DNA from: an uncultured Actinomycetes bacterium
GTDB lineage: Bacteria; Actinomycetota; Thermoleophilia; UBA2241
NCBI GenBank assembly: GCA_963709345.1
Contig: CAVPVX010000011.1
Span: 276,886 to 340,885 of the forward strand
DNA: 64,000 bases
Reading direction: 5' to 3'
The position numbers and the translations under genes are program-made. Shown here in pieces: positions 20,418 through 33,328 of the stretch (within the stretch, counting starts at the first letter, position 1; every line of letters starts with the position of its first letter). Under the pieces are notes generated by a model. That model was not told the DNA's origin. It ran no database searches and saw only the letters and a list, made by a program, of their open reading frames with translations.

Positions 20418-20639
20418 ATGACGCCGGGAGCATCCGGGGACGGAAAAAAAGACGGCGGGCACCGCTCGTCTGCGTCCGCGGAATCGGTGGCGTTTCTACT
20501 TCTTGCAGGCGTCGCAGTCGGGCTGGGTGTGGGTGCCGGGCTTGACTGGCTGTTCGGTAAGTTCCCGCTGTTCGCCGTAATCGGTGTGTTCGCCGGGTTC
20601 GTTCTGGCGCTGTACGCGATCTACGTAGAGACGAAGTAA
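20418..20639 (+). CDS. AtpZ/AtpI-family small membrane protein (putative F-ATPase-associated)
   Basis: The core ...LLLAGVAVGLGVGAGLDWLFGKFPLFAVIGVFAGFVLALYAIY... matches PF09527. The start is uncertain: ATG 20418 or GTG 20487. Confidence 0.6.
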   Translation: MTPGASGDGKKDGGHRSSASAESVAFLLLAGVAVGLGVGAGLDWLFGKFPLFAVIGVFAGFVLALYAIYVETK

Positions 20640-20670
20640 CCGCTTCGGGAGGACCGGACTTATCCGCAAG

Positions 20671-21036
20671 TTGGTCATAGCACCGCTTCTTTTTGGAGCC
20701 ACTGCAGTGGTCTGCGCCGTGGTCGCCGCCGTCGTTGGGCAGCCGGTGTGGGCCGCCGCCGCGGGCGCCAGCCTCGCGCTCGTCTACTGGGCGCTCGATG
20801 CGCTCACCTGGTGGCGCGCTCGCGATCGCGACGACCTCGCGCTCGGACTCGCGATCGGCGGCATGTTCACCCGGCTTCTTGTGGTGCTCACGGCTCTCGT
20901 CATCATCGGCATTCTCGACCGCCCGTCGTTCCCCACCGCGGTGGTCTCATTCCTCGTCGCGTTCACTCTGTACATCCTTGTCCGTCCCCTCATGTACCTC
21001 ACCGCGTCCACTCCGGCGGGCCAGGCGAGGCTGTAG
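20671..21036 (+). CDS. atpI: ATP synthase protein I
   Basis: A 121-aa hydrophobic protein immediately upstream of atpB. The TTG start is uncertain. Confidence 0.5.
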   Translation: MVIAPLLFGATAVVCAVVAAVVGQPVWAAAAGASLALVYWALDALTWWRARDRDDLALGLAIGGMFTRLLVVLTALVIIGILDRPSFPTAVVSFLVAFTLYILVRPLMYLTASTPAGQARL

Positions 21037-21890
21037 TGAAGCATCCCTGGCGCTGGATCATCGGCCTGCTGGCCGTCGGTTTACTCGTCGCCCTGGCGAT
21101 CATCCCCGGCGGTGCCAGGCGGGAGTTCCCGGTCGCGGAGGAGTTCGATCTCACCCACCCCCTCGTCTCGCTGCCCACGGTCGGGCCCTTCGATCTGTCG
21201 GTGAGCAAGGCCGTCGTCTATCTGTGGATCGCCACCGCGGTCATCGTCGTCCTCGCGATCATCATCGCTCGCAGCCTCAAGGTGCATCCAGGCCGGTTCC
21301 AGTTCACTATGGAGACGCTCTACGCTCTGGCGCGCGACGGTATCGTAGGCTCGGTCATGAAGAGCGGCAAAGCGACCTGGTTCCCCTACGTCGGCGCTGT
21401 GTTCGTCTTCGTGCTCGTGAACAACGTGATCGGGCTGCTCCCGCTTCCGTTCGGCGAGCATCATCAACCGTCCTACTACGCCGCCACCGCCAACCTCAAC
21501 GTCACGGTGACCCTGGCGCTGTTCACGTTCGTGTTCACGCACTACGCAGGGCTGCGGAAGAACGGCCTTCGGTACTTCGCCAACTGGGCGCCGCCCTCGG
21601 CCCCTCCGGTGCTCAAGCAGGTGATCTGGTTCATCCATGTCATCAGCGAGATCTTCCGTCTCATCTCGCTCTCTGTACGTCTGTTCGCCAACATGCTCGC
21701 CGGGCACGCCATCCTCGCCGTGTTCTTCGCCATGGTGCTCATCTTCCAGAGCTACCTGGCGGCCGTCGTGCTGCAGGGCGCTTCGGTGCTCATCTACATG
21801 TTCGAGATCTTCGTCGCCTTCATCCAGGCGTTCATCTTTGCCATTCTCTCCGCCGTTTACATCGGCGGCGCTCTCGACCAGGACCACTGA
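21036..21890 (+). CDS. atpB: ATP synthase Fo subunit a
   Basis: GTG at 21036 overlaps the atpI stop. It carries the key-Arg motif ...SLSVRLFANMLAGH.... Confidence 0.9.
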   Translation: MKHPWRWIIGLLAVGLLVALAIIPGGARREFPVAEEFDLTHPLVSLPTVGPFDLSVSKAVVYLWIATAVIVVLAIIIARSLKVHPGRFQFTMETLYALARDGIVGSVMKSGKATWFPYVGAVFVFVLVNNVIGLLPLPFGEHHQPSYYAATANLNVTVTLALFTFVFTHYAGLRKNGLRYFANWAPPSAPPVLKQVIWFIHVISEIFRLISLSVRLFANMLAGHAILAVFFAMVLIFQSYLAAVVLQGASVLIYMFEIFVAFIQAFIFAILSAVYIGGALDQDH

Positions 21891-21919
21891 CCATCGTCAC
21901 GTGCAGACAACCGCTGTAG

Positions 21920-22174
<255 letters not shown>

Positions 22175-22211
22175 GAGCAACGAGCGCTGAAGTGAAACAG
22201 GGAGGTCGCTC

Positions 22212-22721
22212 ATGCTAGACGTGTTCCCGGGCCTCATGATCTGGACGCTGATCACGTTCGGCATCGCCGTGTTCATCCTCTGGAAGTACGCCTTCGGGCC
22301 GCTCCAGAAGATCATCGATGAGCGGCGCGCGGGCATCCAGGAAAGCATGGACGTGGCGGAAGAGACGCGCGTTGAGGCGCTGCGCCTGCTCGAGGAGTAC
22401 AAGGCCACGCTCGCCAGGGTACGCGGCGAGTCTGATGAGATCCTGGAGCGCTCGCGCACGACCGCCGAGCACACCAAGACGGAGATCATGACGGAGGCCA
22501 AGGTCCAATCCGAGCGCGTGCTCGAGAAGGCTCACGAGCAGATCGAGCGCGACACGCGCGCCGCCCTGCGCCAGATCAAGGGTCAGATCGCCGAGCTCAC
22601 CGCACTGGCCACCGAGAAGGTCGCGGCGAGTAGCCTGAGCGAAGCCGACCAGCGGCGCCTCATCGACGAGGCGCTCGCAGAGCTCGACGTCGACAAGCTC
22701 GGCGCTGAGGGCTCAGGGTGA
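22212..22721 (+). CDS. atpF: ATP synthase Fo subunit b
   Basis: N-terminal TM helix followed by a long charged helix; 169 aa; AGGGAGG ribosome-binding site. Confidence 0.88.
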   Translation: MLDVFPGLMIWTLITFGIAVFILWKYAFGPLQKIIDERRAGIQESMDVAEETRVEALRLLEEYKATLARVRGESDEILERSRTTAEHTKTEIMTEAKVQSERVLEKAHEQIERDTRAALRQIKGQIAELTALATEKVAASSLSEADQRRLIDEALAELDVDKLGAEGSG

Positions 22722-23271
22722 GCGAGGAGCAGGTCGCCAGGGTCTACGCCCAGGCCCTCTTCGACGCGGCGCGCGATGCGGACGCGGTGGACCTCGTGCG
22801 CCGCGAGCTGGGCGACTTCGTCGCCGCCCTCGCGGCCTCGGCGTCGCTCCACGACGTGCTCGCCGACCCGCAGGTCGAGACGGCTGCCAAGCAGCGCGTG
22901 CTGGTCGAGATCACGCGCGGCGGGCAGCCGCTGCTCACCAACGTGCTCCGGCTCTTGCTCGACCGCGGGCGCTTCGCCGTTGTGCCTAGGCTGCCGGACT
23001 TCTTCGATGAGCTCGCGGACGCGGGCGAAGGCGTCGTCGAGGTCGAGGTGGTCGCCGCCGTCGAGCTCGCGCCGGCGACGGAGGAGAAGATCGTCGCCCG
23101 CGTCCACGAGGCCACCGGCCGCCGGGTGGAGCTCGCCCGGCGTGTCGACCCCGCGATCATCGGCGGGCTCATCCTGCGCATCGGCGACGTGATCGTCGAC
23201 GGCAGCGTCAAGGGACGTATCCGCCAGCTGCGCCGCCGGCTGGCTACCGCAGAAGTGAGAGGTGATGTCTA

Positions 23272-23272
<1 letters not shown>
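22718..23272 (+). CDS. atpH: ATP synthase F1 subunit delta
   Basis: GTG at 22718 overlaps the atpF stop (GTGA). 184 aa, OSCP-like. Confidence 0.85.
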
Positions 23273-24819
<1,547 letters not shown>

Positions 24820-24820
24820 C

Positions 24821-27167
<2,347 letters not shown>

Positions 27168-27176
27168 GAGGCAGCC

Positions 27177-27608
27177 GTGAGTGACGAGCGCTCAATCGAA
27201 CTCGAAGTGGTGACGCCCGACGGCGAGCTCTATCACGACGACGTCCGCATGGTCGTGCTGCCGGGCGTCGAGGGTGAGCTCGGGGTCCTGGCTCGCCACC
27301 AGCCGCTGGTGACGCTGCTCGCCATCGGCCAGACACGGGTGCGCCTCCTCGACGACACGTGGGAGTACATTGCCACCGGCATCGGCTACGCGGCGATCCG
27401 CTCGAGCCGCGTGCTCGTCGTCGTCGACCACGGCGAGTTGGCCGGCGCGATCGACGTGGAGCGCGCCGAGGAGGCGCAGCGCCGCGCCCGCCAGCGCCTT
27501 GAGGACCGTGGCGATCTCGCGGCTCAGGCGGAGGTCGATTGCTTCCGCGCCGAGCAGGCGCTGCAGCGCGCCGAGAATCGGCTGCGCGTGTCCCGGCGCA
27601 CGCGCTGA
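27177..27608 (+). CDS. atpC: ATP synthase F1 subunit epsilon
   Basis: 143 aa; beta-sandwich plus C-terminal helices. Confidence 0.88.
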   Translation: MSDERSIELEVVTPDGELYHDDVRMVVLPGVEGELGVLARHQPLVTLLAIGQTRVRLLDDTWEYIATGIGYAAIRSSRVLVVVDHGELAGAIDVERAEEAQRRARQRLEDRGDLAAQAEVDCFRAEQALQRAENRLRVSRRTR

Positions 27609-27650
27609 GTCTCGTCTGGCGCCGGGACGCGCCATACTTGTGATCGTCTG

Positions 27651-28994
27651 ATGGACGGCTCCAGCGAACACGAGCAGCACCTCGAGGTGCATGGCGGCCG
27701 GCGTCTGGATGGCGAGGTCGTCCTCTCGGGGGCGAAGAACTCCGCCCTCAAACTCCTCGCCGCCAGCCTGCTCACCGCCGAACCCTGCACGATCCGCCGC
27801 GTTCCCCGCATCACGGATGTAGACACCATGGTGACGATGCTTCGCGCCCTGGGGGCGGAGGTCGACGGTGAGGCCGATGTGCTGCGCGTGCGGCCGGGAC
27901 GGGATCTCAACGGGTGCGCGCCGTACGAGCTCGTCCGCACCATGCGCGCCAGCATCATCGTCATGGGACCGCTCGTGGCGCGCCTCGGCGAGGCCACGAT
28001 CGCCATGCCCGGCGGCTGCAACATCGGGCCGCGGCGCATCGACTTCCACATCCGCGGCCTCGAGAAGCTTGGGGCGGTGATCGAGATGGAGCATGGCTTC
28101 ATCAAGGTGCACAGCCGGCAACTCAAGGGGGCGGTCGTACCTCTCGACTATCCGAGCGTCGGCGCCACGGAGAACCTCCTCATGGCGGCGACCGCCGCCG
28201 AGGGCGAGACGGTCATCGAGAATGCGGCACGAGAGCCGGAGATCATCGACCTCTGCGAGTTCCTGATCGGTATGGGGGCGGTCATCGAGGGCGCCGGTAC
28301 CAGCACCATCCACATCGCGGGCGGCTCGGAGCTGCACGGGGTAGACCACGAGGTGATCGCCGATCGCATCGAGGCCGGGACGTATCTTCTGATGGGCGTC
28401 GCCACCGGCGGCGCCGTCACGACGGTCGGCCTCGACCCTGCGCATCTCGAGCTCTTTCTCGCCAAGCTTCGCGCCATGGGCGTCACCGTCGAGGAGGGCG
28501 ACCGGCGCATCACGGTGAGCCGCGAGGGCGCTCTCGCTCCGATCGACGTCTCTACGCTTCCGCACCCCGGCTTTGCCACCGATCTGCAGGCGCAGATGAT
28601 GGCCGTGCTGTCGCTCGCCGAAGGGACGTCGATCATCACCGAGAACGTCTTCGAGAACCGCTTCGTCGTGGTCGACGAGCTCAACCGTCTGGGGGCGGGT
28701 ATCGAGACCAGCGGGCACCACGCCGTGGTCGCCGGGCCCCGCGCCCTCACCGGCACCGTGGTCGAGGCGCCCGACCTCCGGGGCGGCGCCGCACTGGTCA
28801 CGGCCGGCCTCGCTGCGGAGGGCGTGACGGAGGTGCGCGGCGTGCAGCACATCGACAGAGGCTACGAAGATCTCGCCGGCAAGCTCACCGCTCTCGGCGC
28901 CGAGGTCTCGCGCTCGCTGCCGGCGCGCCGAACCGGGGAGGAGATGCGCGCGTCTCTCCGGTCGTGCGATGATGAGGCGGCGCGTAGCGCCTGA
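27651..28994 (+). CDS. murA: UDP-N-acetylglucosamine 1-carboxyvinyltransferase
   Basis: 447 aa; ...LSGAKNSALKLLAASLL... with an EPSP-synthase fold. Confidence 0.92.
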   Translation: MDGSSEHEQHLEVHGGRRLDGEVVLSGAKNSALKLLAASLLTAEPCTIRRVPRITDVDTMVTMLRALGAEVDGEADVLRVRPGRDLNGCAPYELVRTMRASIIVMGPLVARLGEATIAMPGGCNIGPRRIDFHIRGLEKLGAVIEMEHGFIKVHSRQLKGAVVPLDYPSVGATENLLMAATAAEGETVIENAAREPEIIDLCEFLIGMGAVIEGAGTSTIHIAGGSELHGVDHEVIADRIEAGTYLLMGVATGGAVTTVGLDPAHLELFLAKLRAMGVTVEEGDRRITVSREGALAPIDVSTLPHPGFATDLQAQMMAVLSLAEGTSIITENVFENRFVVVDELNRLGAGIETSGHHAVVAGPRALTGTVVEAPDLRGGAALVTAGLAAEGVTEVRGVQHIDRGYEDLAGKLTALGAEVSRSLPARRTGEEMRASLRSCDDEAARSA

Positions 28995-29015
28995 GTGGCG
29001 CCGTTCCGGAGGAGC

Positions 29016-31067
29016 ATGGCCGAATACCGCGTCTACAAGGTCGGGGAAGAAGAGCACGTTCGCGACAACGGCGCGGCGTCGCGAATGCCCGCGTCCGAAC
29101 GCGCCGCGAGCCGTGGCCGCCGCCGTTCCGGCGCCGACTCTCGTGATGTCGTCTCGCGGCGGTGGTGGTTGTGGGCGCTGGTGGCCGCCGCCGTCCTCGC
29201 CGTCGCCCTCCTGTACTGGTTCTTCGGACGCGACGCCGTCGGCAATTCCATTGCGGCGCTCGACCTTGCACGGCTCTCGGGCAAGGTGCCCGGCTGGGCC
29301 GTGATCGGCGCGCCTGTGGTTGCCGTGACCGTCGTCGGCCTGGTCACGGTCTACCTGGCCTTCGGCCGGCATCTCGTCCTCAAGCTCATCGCCTTGGCCG
29401 TCGTGGTCCTGGCGCTGGCGACTCCCGGCCTGGCCGTCGGCTACGCCGAGGGGACGCTCGACGTGGTCAGCACCAAGGACGCTGAAGTCACCAGGGACGT
29501 CGCGGCCGCCGAGGAGGAGCTTGAGATCCCGCTCCCCAACAAGCCGATGAACATCCTGCTCATCGGCTCGGACAAGTCGGACGTGCCCGGTGACCCCGGC
29601 CGCTCGGACACGCAGATGCTCGTGCGCATCGACCCCGAGACCAAGAGCATCTCCATGCTGTCGGTGCCACGTGACTTGCGCGTGTACATCCCGGATCACG
29701 GTTACGACAAGATGAACACGGCCTACTCCTACGGCGGGCCGAAGCTCGCGGTGAAGACCTTCAAGGAACTCACCGGCCTGCCCATCAACCACTTTGTCGA
29801 GATCAACTTCGCCGGCTTCTGGCACGTGGTCAACATCCTCGGCGGCGTCTACATCCCAGTCGATCACACCTACTTCGTGCCGGCGAGCGCCGACTACAAG
29901 TCGATCAACCTGAAGGCCGGCTACCAGCTGGTCGGCGGCAAGCAGTCGCTGAACTACGTGCGCTATCGCCACGATCAGCGTGGCGACTTCACCCGGATGC
30001 AGCGCCAGCAGCTCTTCCTTCGGGAGCTGCAGCGGCAGTCCGGGCGCTGGAGCAGCGACTGGGGCAAGGTGATAAAGCTGATCAAGGCCATCACCGGCGA
30101 GACCAAGTCGGACCTCGACTCGCTGAGGAAGCTCGAGCCGCTGGTGAATCTCTCGTTCGAGGTGGACACCTCGAAGGTGTATCAGGTGCACCTCGAGGGC
30201 GCGACTCCGATGATCGACGGCATCTCCTACGTCACGGCCACCGAAGGAGAGGTCGCCGAGGCGGTGCACGGATTCACCGACCCGAAGCAGGCGCCCCTGT
30301 CGACCAAGGGCCTCAAGATCTCCAAGAAGATGTATGGGGTCGACATCTACAACGGCAGCGGCATCCCCGGTCTGGCGACATCGGCCGCTTCGCAGCTGAG
30401 CGCGCAGGGCTACAAGGCCGAGGCTCAGGCCGACGCCCCGGAGTTCCCGGGCACGGCGACCGTCGTCTACGCGCCCAAGAGCCTGGAGACGCAGGCCAGG
30501 ATCATCGGCGAGATGCTGTGGCCGTCCGACGTGCGCATCGTCGAGCGCGCGTTCGGCGTCGACGACGGCATCACCGTCTTCGTCGCCTCCTCCTTCGACG
30601 GCACCATCGAAGCCCCGGAGGAAGAGGTGCAAGCGCAGCAGACGTTGCAGCGCGGCCAGAAGTACGACTGGGAGTCGTGGCGGGCGCTGGACGCGAAGAG
30701 CCCGCTGCGCCTCGAGGCGCCGACCGCCTGGTCACCCGGCCTCGTCTACGATGAGTTCCGCTCGTACGCGGTCGAGAAGACCGACGGCAAACGTGTCGCC
30801 GCTGCCATCGCCGTGATCAGGACGCCGATGTCGGGGTTCGCCGGTATACAAGCGATGCGCTGGCTCGACCCGCCGGCGATCGAGAACCCCACGTCCACGC
30901 GGACGATCGCCGGGACCAAGTACATGCTCTTCTACCAGGGCGCGAACCTCCACATGGTCGCGTGGACGCGGCGCAGCACGCTCTACTGGGTGATCAACAC
31001 CCTGGACAACCAGCTGTCCAACGACGTGATGATGGGGCTTGCGACCTCGTTCAAGCCCGTGAAGTGA
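29016..31067 (+). CDS. LCP (LytR-CpsA-Psr) family cell-wall glycopolymer transferase with C-terminal LytR_C and an extra domain
   Basis: ATG at 29016 after a GGAGGAG ribosome-binding site. An N-terminal TM anchor is followed by the canonical LCP core: NILLIGSDKSD...RSDTQMLVRIDP...SVPRDLRVYIPDHGYDKMNTAYSYGGP...INHFVEINFAGF.... A LytR_C-like segment (VDIYNGSGIPGLATSAASQL) follows. Confidence 0.85.
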   Translation: MAEYRVYKVGEEEHVRDNGAASRMPASERAASRGRRRSGADSRDVVSRRWWLWALVAAAVLAVALLYWFFGRDAVGNSIAALDLARLSGKVPGWAVIGAPVVAVTVVGLVTVYLAFGRHLVLKLIALAVVVLALATPGLAVGYAEGTLDVVSTKDAEVTRDVAAAEEELEIPLPNKPMNILLIGSDKSDVPGDPGRSDTQMLVRIDPETKSISMLSVPRDLRVYIPDHGYDKMNTAYSYGGPKLAVKTFKELTGLPINHFVEINFAGFWHVVNILGGVYIPVDHTYFVPASADYKSINLKAGYQLVGGKQSLNYVRYRHDQRGDFTRMQRQQLFLRELQRQSGRWSSDWGKVIKLIKAITGETKSDLDSLRKLEPLVNLSFEVDTSKVYQVHLEGATPMIDGISYVTATEGEVAEAVHGFTDPKQAPLSTKGLKISKKMYGVDIYNGSGIPGLATSAASQLSAQGYKAEAQADAPEFPGTATVVYAPKSLETQARIIGEMLWPSDVRIVERAFGVDDGITVFVASSFDGTIEAPEEEVQAQQTLQRGQKYDWESWRALDAKSPLRLEAPTAWSPGLVYDEFRSYAVEKTDGKRVAAAIAVIRTPMSGFAGIQAMRWLDPPAIENPTSTRTIAGTKYMLFYQGANLHMVAWTRRSTLYWVINTLDNQLSNDVMMGLATSFKPVK

Positions 31068-32725
31068 GCTTCCTGCGCGCGGTGATGCGGCGGCTCGACC
31101 CCTGGGCCGCACTCCTGCTCGGCGTCCTGGTCGCCTTGGGCGTCGTGATCCTGCTGGCAACGCCTGGGCCGTGGCATCGCGTCGTCGGCCCCGCGCCGGC
31201 CGTAACCCTCAAGCCGCCGCCGCCCGATGACGTCGCGGTGTTCGTGCTGGGAGGACGTGGCGGCGCCTGCTCAGGTGTCGTGTGGCTGCACATCGACGCC
31301 GACGAGTTGTCGCTCACCGCCGTCGTGATCGCCGGACACGTCACGGGCTCTGTGCCCGGCGCCGGCTTCGCCCCGCTTGCGGACGTCGTCGATACGGCGG
31401 GTCCGCGTGCCGCCGCCGCCGCGCTCAGCGAGGAGCTCGACGTACAGATGGACGCGTGGGTGACGCTCGACCGCAGGGCGCTGGCACAGGCGGTCGATCC
31501 CATGTTCCCGATGGACGACGTACGCGCCGCGCGCGGCCGGTACCGCCTGGCGTTCTCCGCCTGGAAGGGCAAGGGAGGAGTGGAGGAATCGTGGCGCACC
31601 CAGTACGAGACGCTGCGCGAGGCGCTCCCGCAGGTCGCCTTTCACGAGCTCAACGTCGTTGCGTTCTCGAATTACGTGCTCGGCTTCGGCTTCGTGCGCA
31701 GCGACCTTACGCTTCAAGACGCGACCTCCCTGGCCGACACGCTGCGTGAGATCGACCCCGGCCTCGTCGAGGTGCGCACGGCGGCGGTCGTCGTCGAGAC
31801 CTGCCGCGGCGCGGAGATGTGGCACATGGACGCCAGCCGTCTGGAGACGCTGCGCCTGTCGCTTGCTCTTGGTCTCGTTCCTCCCGACGTTGGGCCACGT
31901 ATCGTCCGCCGGAGGCGCGCTGCTCGCGTTCTGGTCGTCGCTCCCATGCCGGCCGCCGAGGCGGATGTCTACATCCGGCAGGTGCGCCGGAGCCTGCGTC
32001 GCTCCGCCGGCTCGCCCATCGAAGTCCGGTCGGTCGCGGGCGTCACCGCCGATCTCGCCCTTCGTGCCGCCCGCGCCCTCGACCGGCGCGCTCCACTGGC
32101 CGTCCTCGTCGCGCCGCCGGACGCGGCCGACACCGATGCCGCGGAGATCGTCGCAGAGGTCTACGCGATGTTGAGGAGGCGAGGGCAGGAAGCGGTGGCG
32201 GCTGGGCCGCTGCCCGGACCTGCTGCGTCGTCGGAGGTGAGCGAGCCGCCCACTTCCGGCCTGCGGGTCGTGGTCGCCGGTGGCGGGCTGCCCGTGTCCT
32301 GGGCGCCGGACGCGGCGGAGGACGGCGTCACGAGTCCGCGGAGTGAAGCCATCGTCGGCGCCGCAGCCGCCAACGTCCAGACCCTCGTGCGCGCCTGCTG
32401 GCCGGGCGTCCTTGCGCCGGAGCTCGCGGCGACGCGACTCGGCTTCCCTTTCGTCGCCGCCCGTCACACCGGCGTCGGGGTCGTGTCGGCGACGGAGGAT
32501 GCGGCGGCGCCCGTCATGTCCCGGCTTCGGCTCTGGGGTTTCGTGGTCGGGCGGCTTGTGCTGAGCCCGACGGACTGGACGCCACCCGGCGCGGGAGCGG
32601 CGCTCTACTATCGCTCGTCCTCAAGAATGGCCGCTCGGGTCCTCGCCGACGGGCTGGGACTGGGACCGGCGGCGGTCATCAGGGATGACGATGCGCCGCG
32701 GCCCGTAGTTCTCGTCGTCGAGTGA
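31064..32725 (+). CDS. Membrane-anchored protein with a degenerate LCP-like domain (hypothetical)
   Basis: GTG at 31064 overlaps the LCP stop (GTGA). An N-terminal TM helix is followed by VFVLGGRGG...VVWLHIDADELSLTAVVIAGHVTG...DAWVTLDRRAL.... This is weakly LCP-like but lacks the conserved Arg/Asp motifs. Confidence 0.5.
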   Translation: MSFLRAVMRRLDPWAALLLGVLVALGVVILLATPGPWHRVVGPAPAVTLKPPPPDDVAVFVLGGRGGACSGVVWLHIDADELSLTAVVIAGHVTGSVPGAGFAPLADVVDTAGPRAAAAALSEELDVQMDAWVTLDRRALAQAVDPMFPMDDVRAARGRYRLAFSAWKGKGGVEESWRTQYETLREALPQVAFHELNVVAFSNYVLGFGFVRSDLTLQDATSLADTLREIDPGLVEVRTAAVVVETCRGAEMWHMDASRLETLRLSLALGLVPPDVGPRIVRRRRAARVLVVAPMPAAEADVYIRQVRRSLRRSAGSPIEVRSVAGVTADLALRAARALDRRAPLAVLVAPPDAADTDAAEIVAEVYAMLRRRGQEAVAAGPLPGPAASSEVSEPPTSGLRVVVAGGGLPVSWAPDAAEDGVTSPRSEAIVGAAAANVQTLVRACWPGVLAPELAATRLGFPFVAARHTGVGVVSATEDAAAPVMSRLRLWGFVVGRLVLSPTDWTPPGAGAALYYRSSSRMAARVLADGLGLGPAAVIRDDDAPRPVVLVVE

Positions 32726-32734
32726 ACGTCTCGC

Positions 32735-32785
32735 AAGACGACGGCGGCGCCTTCCTCTGCGGGAAGGCGCCGTCGTGGCGTACAC
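32735..32785. terminator. Bidirectional hairpin between convergent genes
   Basis: A near-perfect inverted repeat, ACGACGGCGGCGCCTTCC ... GGAAGGCGCCGTCGT, lies between the stop at 32725(+) and the stop at 32798(-). Confidence 0.5.
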
Positions 32786-32797
32786 GATGGATCTCAG

Positions 32798-33166
32798 TTA
32801 GGCGTGACTGCGGCGCAGAAGAACTCCGCCGCCGATGAGACCGACGCCTGCGGCGAGGATGAGGAGCACCTCGCTGCCGGTGAAGGCGAGCTGCCCACCC
32901 TGGGTCCCAGGATCCTGCAAGCTCGCCAAGTAGTCTTCGAGGACGCCCCTCAGGTCGGTGTACTGCGCGTAGATCGGGTTGTTCTCGATGAAGTCCAGCG
33001 CTGCCTGGATCTCGGCGGCCGACCAGTTGCCGTCGATGGTGCCGTCCTTGGCATCTTCGATGATCGCGTCGATCACCGACTGCGGCACGGCCGCCTGCGC
33101 GACCACGGCGAACGCGAGCACGAGCAGGAGGACAACTGCGATTACGGTCAGAAGCTTGACCTTCAT
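32798..33166 (-). CDS. Small secreted, sortase-anchored (LAXTG) surface protein
   Basis: ATG at 33166 gives MKVKLLTVIAVVLLLVLAFAVVAQA, a signal peptide. The C-terminus has ...QLAFTG, then a hydrophobic TM stretch, then RRSHA. This is the classic cell-wall sorting signal with the actinobacterial LAXTG motif. It is embedded in a longer spurious ORF, 32798..33913. Confidence 0.65.
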   Translation of the reverse strand: MKVKLLTVIAVVLLLVLAFAVVAQAAVPQSVIDAIIEDAKDGTIDGNWSAAEIQAALDFIENNPIYAQYTDLRGVLEDYLASLQDPGTQGGQLAFTGSEVLLILAAGVGLIGGGVLLRRSHA

Positions 33167-33315
33167 GTCTTCACCCCCCCTCACAACGTCTTTCCGGCGG
33201 TTACCGGTGGAATACACCATACTTGTACCACTTGTCGTCGCACATGACCATACTCCCGCCGGCTCAGAAGCGCGGGTGTGCTGTCCGCGGCACGTCTTCG
33301 ATATGACGATGACAG

Positions 33316-33321
33316 TATAAT
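33316..33321 (+). promoter_or_regulatory. Perfect TATAAT -10 box 7 nt upstream of ATG 33329 (candidate leaderless start of the O-antigen ligase gene)
   Basis: TATAAT at 33316-33321; ATG at 33329. Confidence 0.35.
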
Positions 33322-33328
33322 GCCGCCG

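Noticed and set aside
27192-30632. 1146-aa minus ORF
   Set aside because: It runs antisense to atpC, murA and LCP with no motifs. It is an artefactual open frame.
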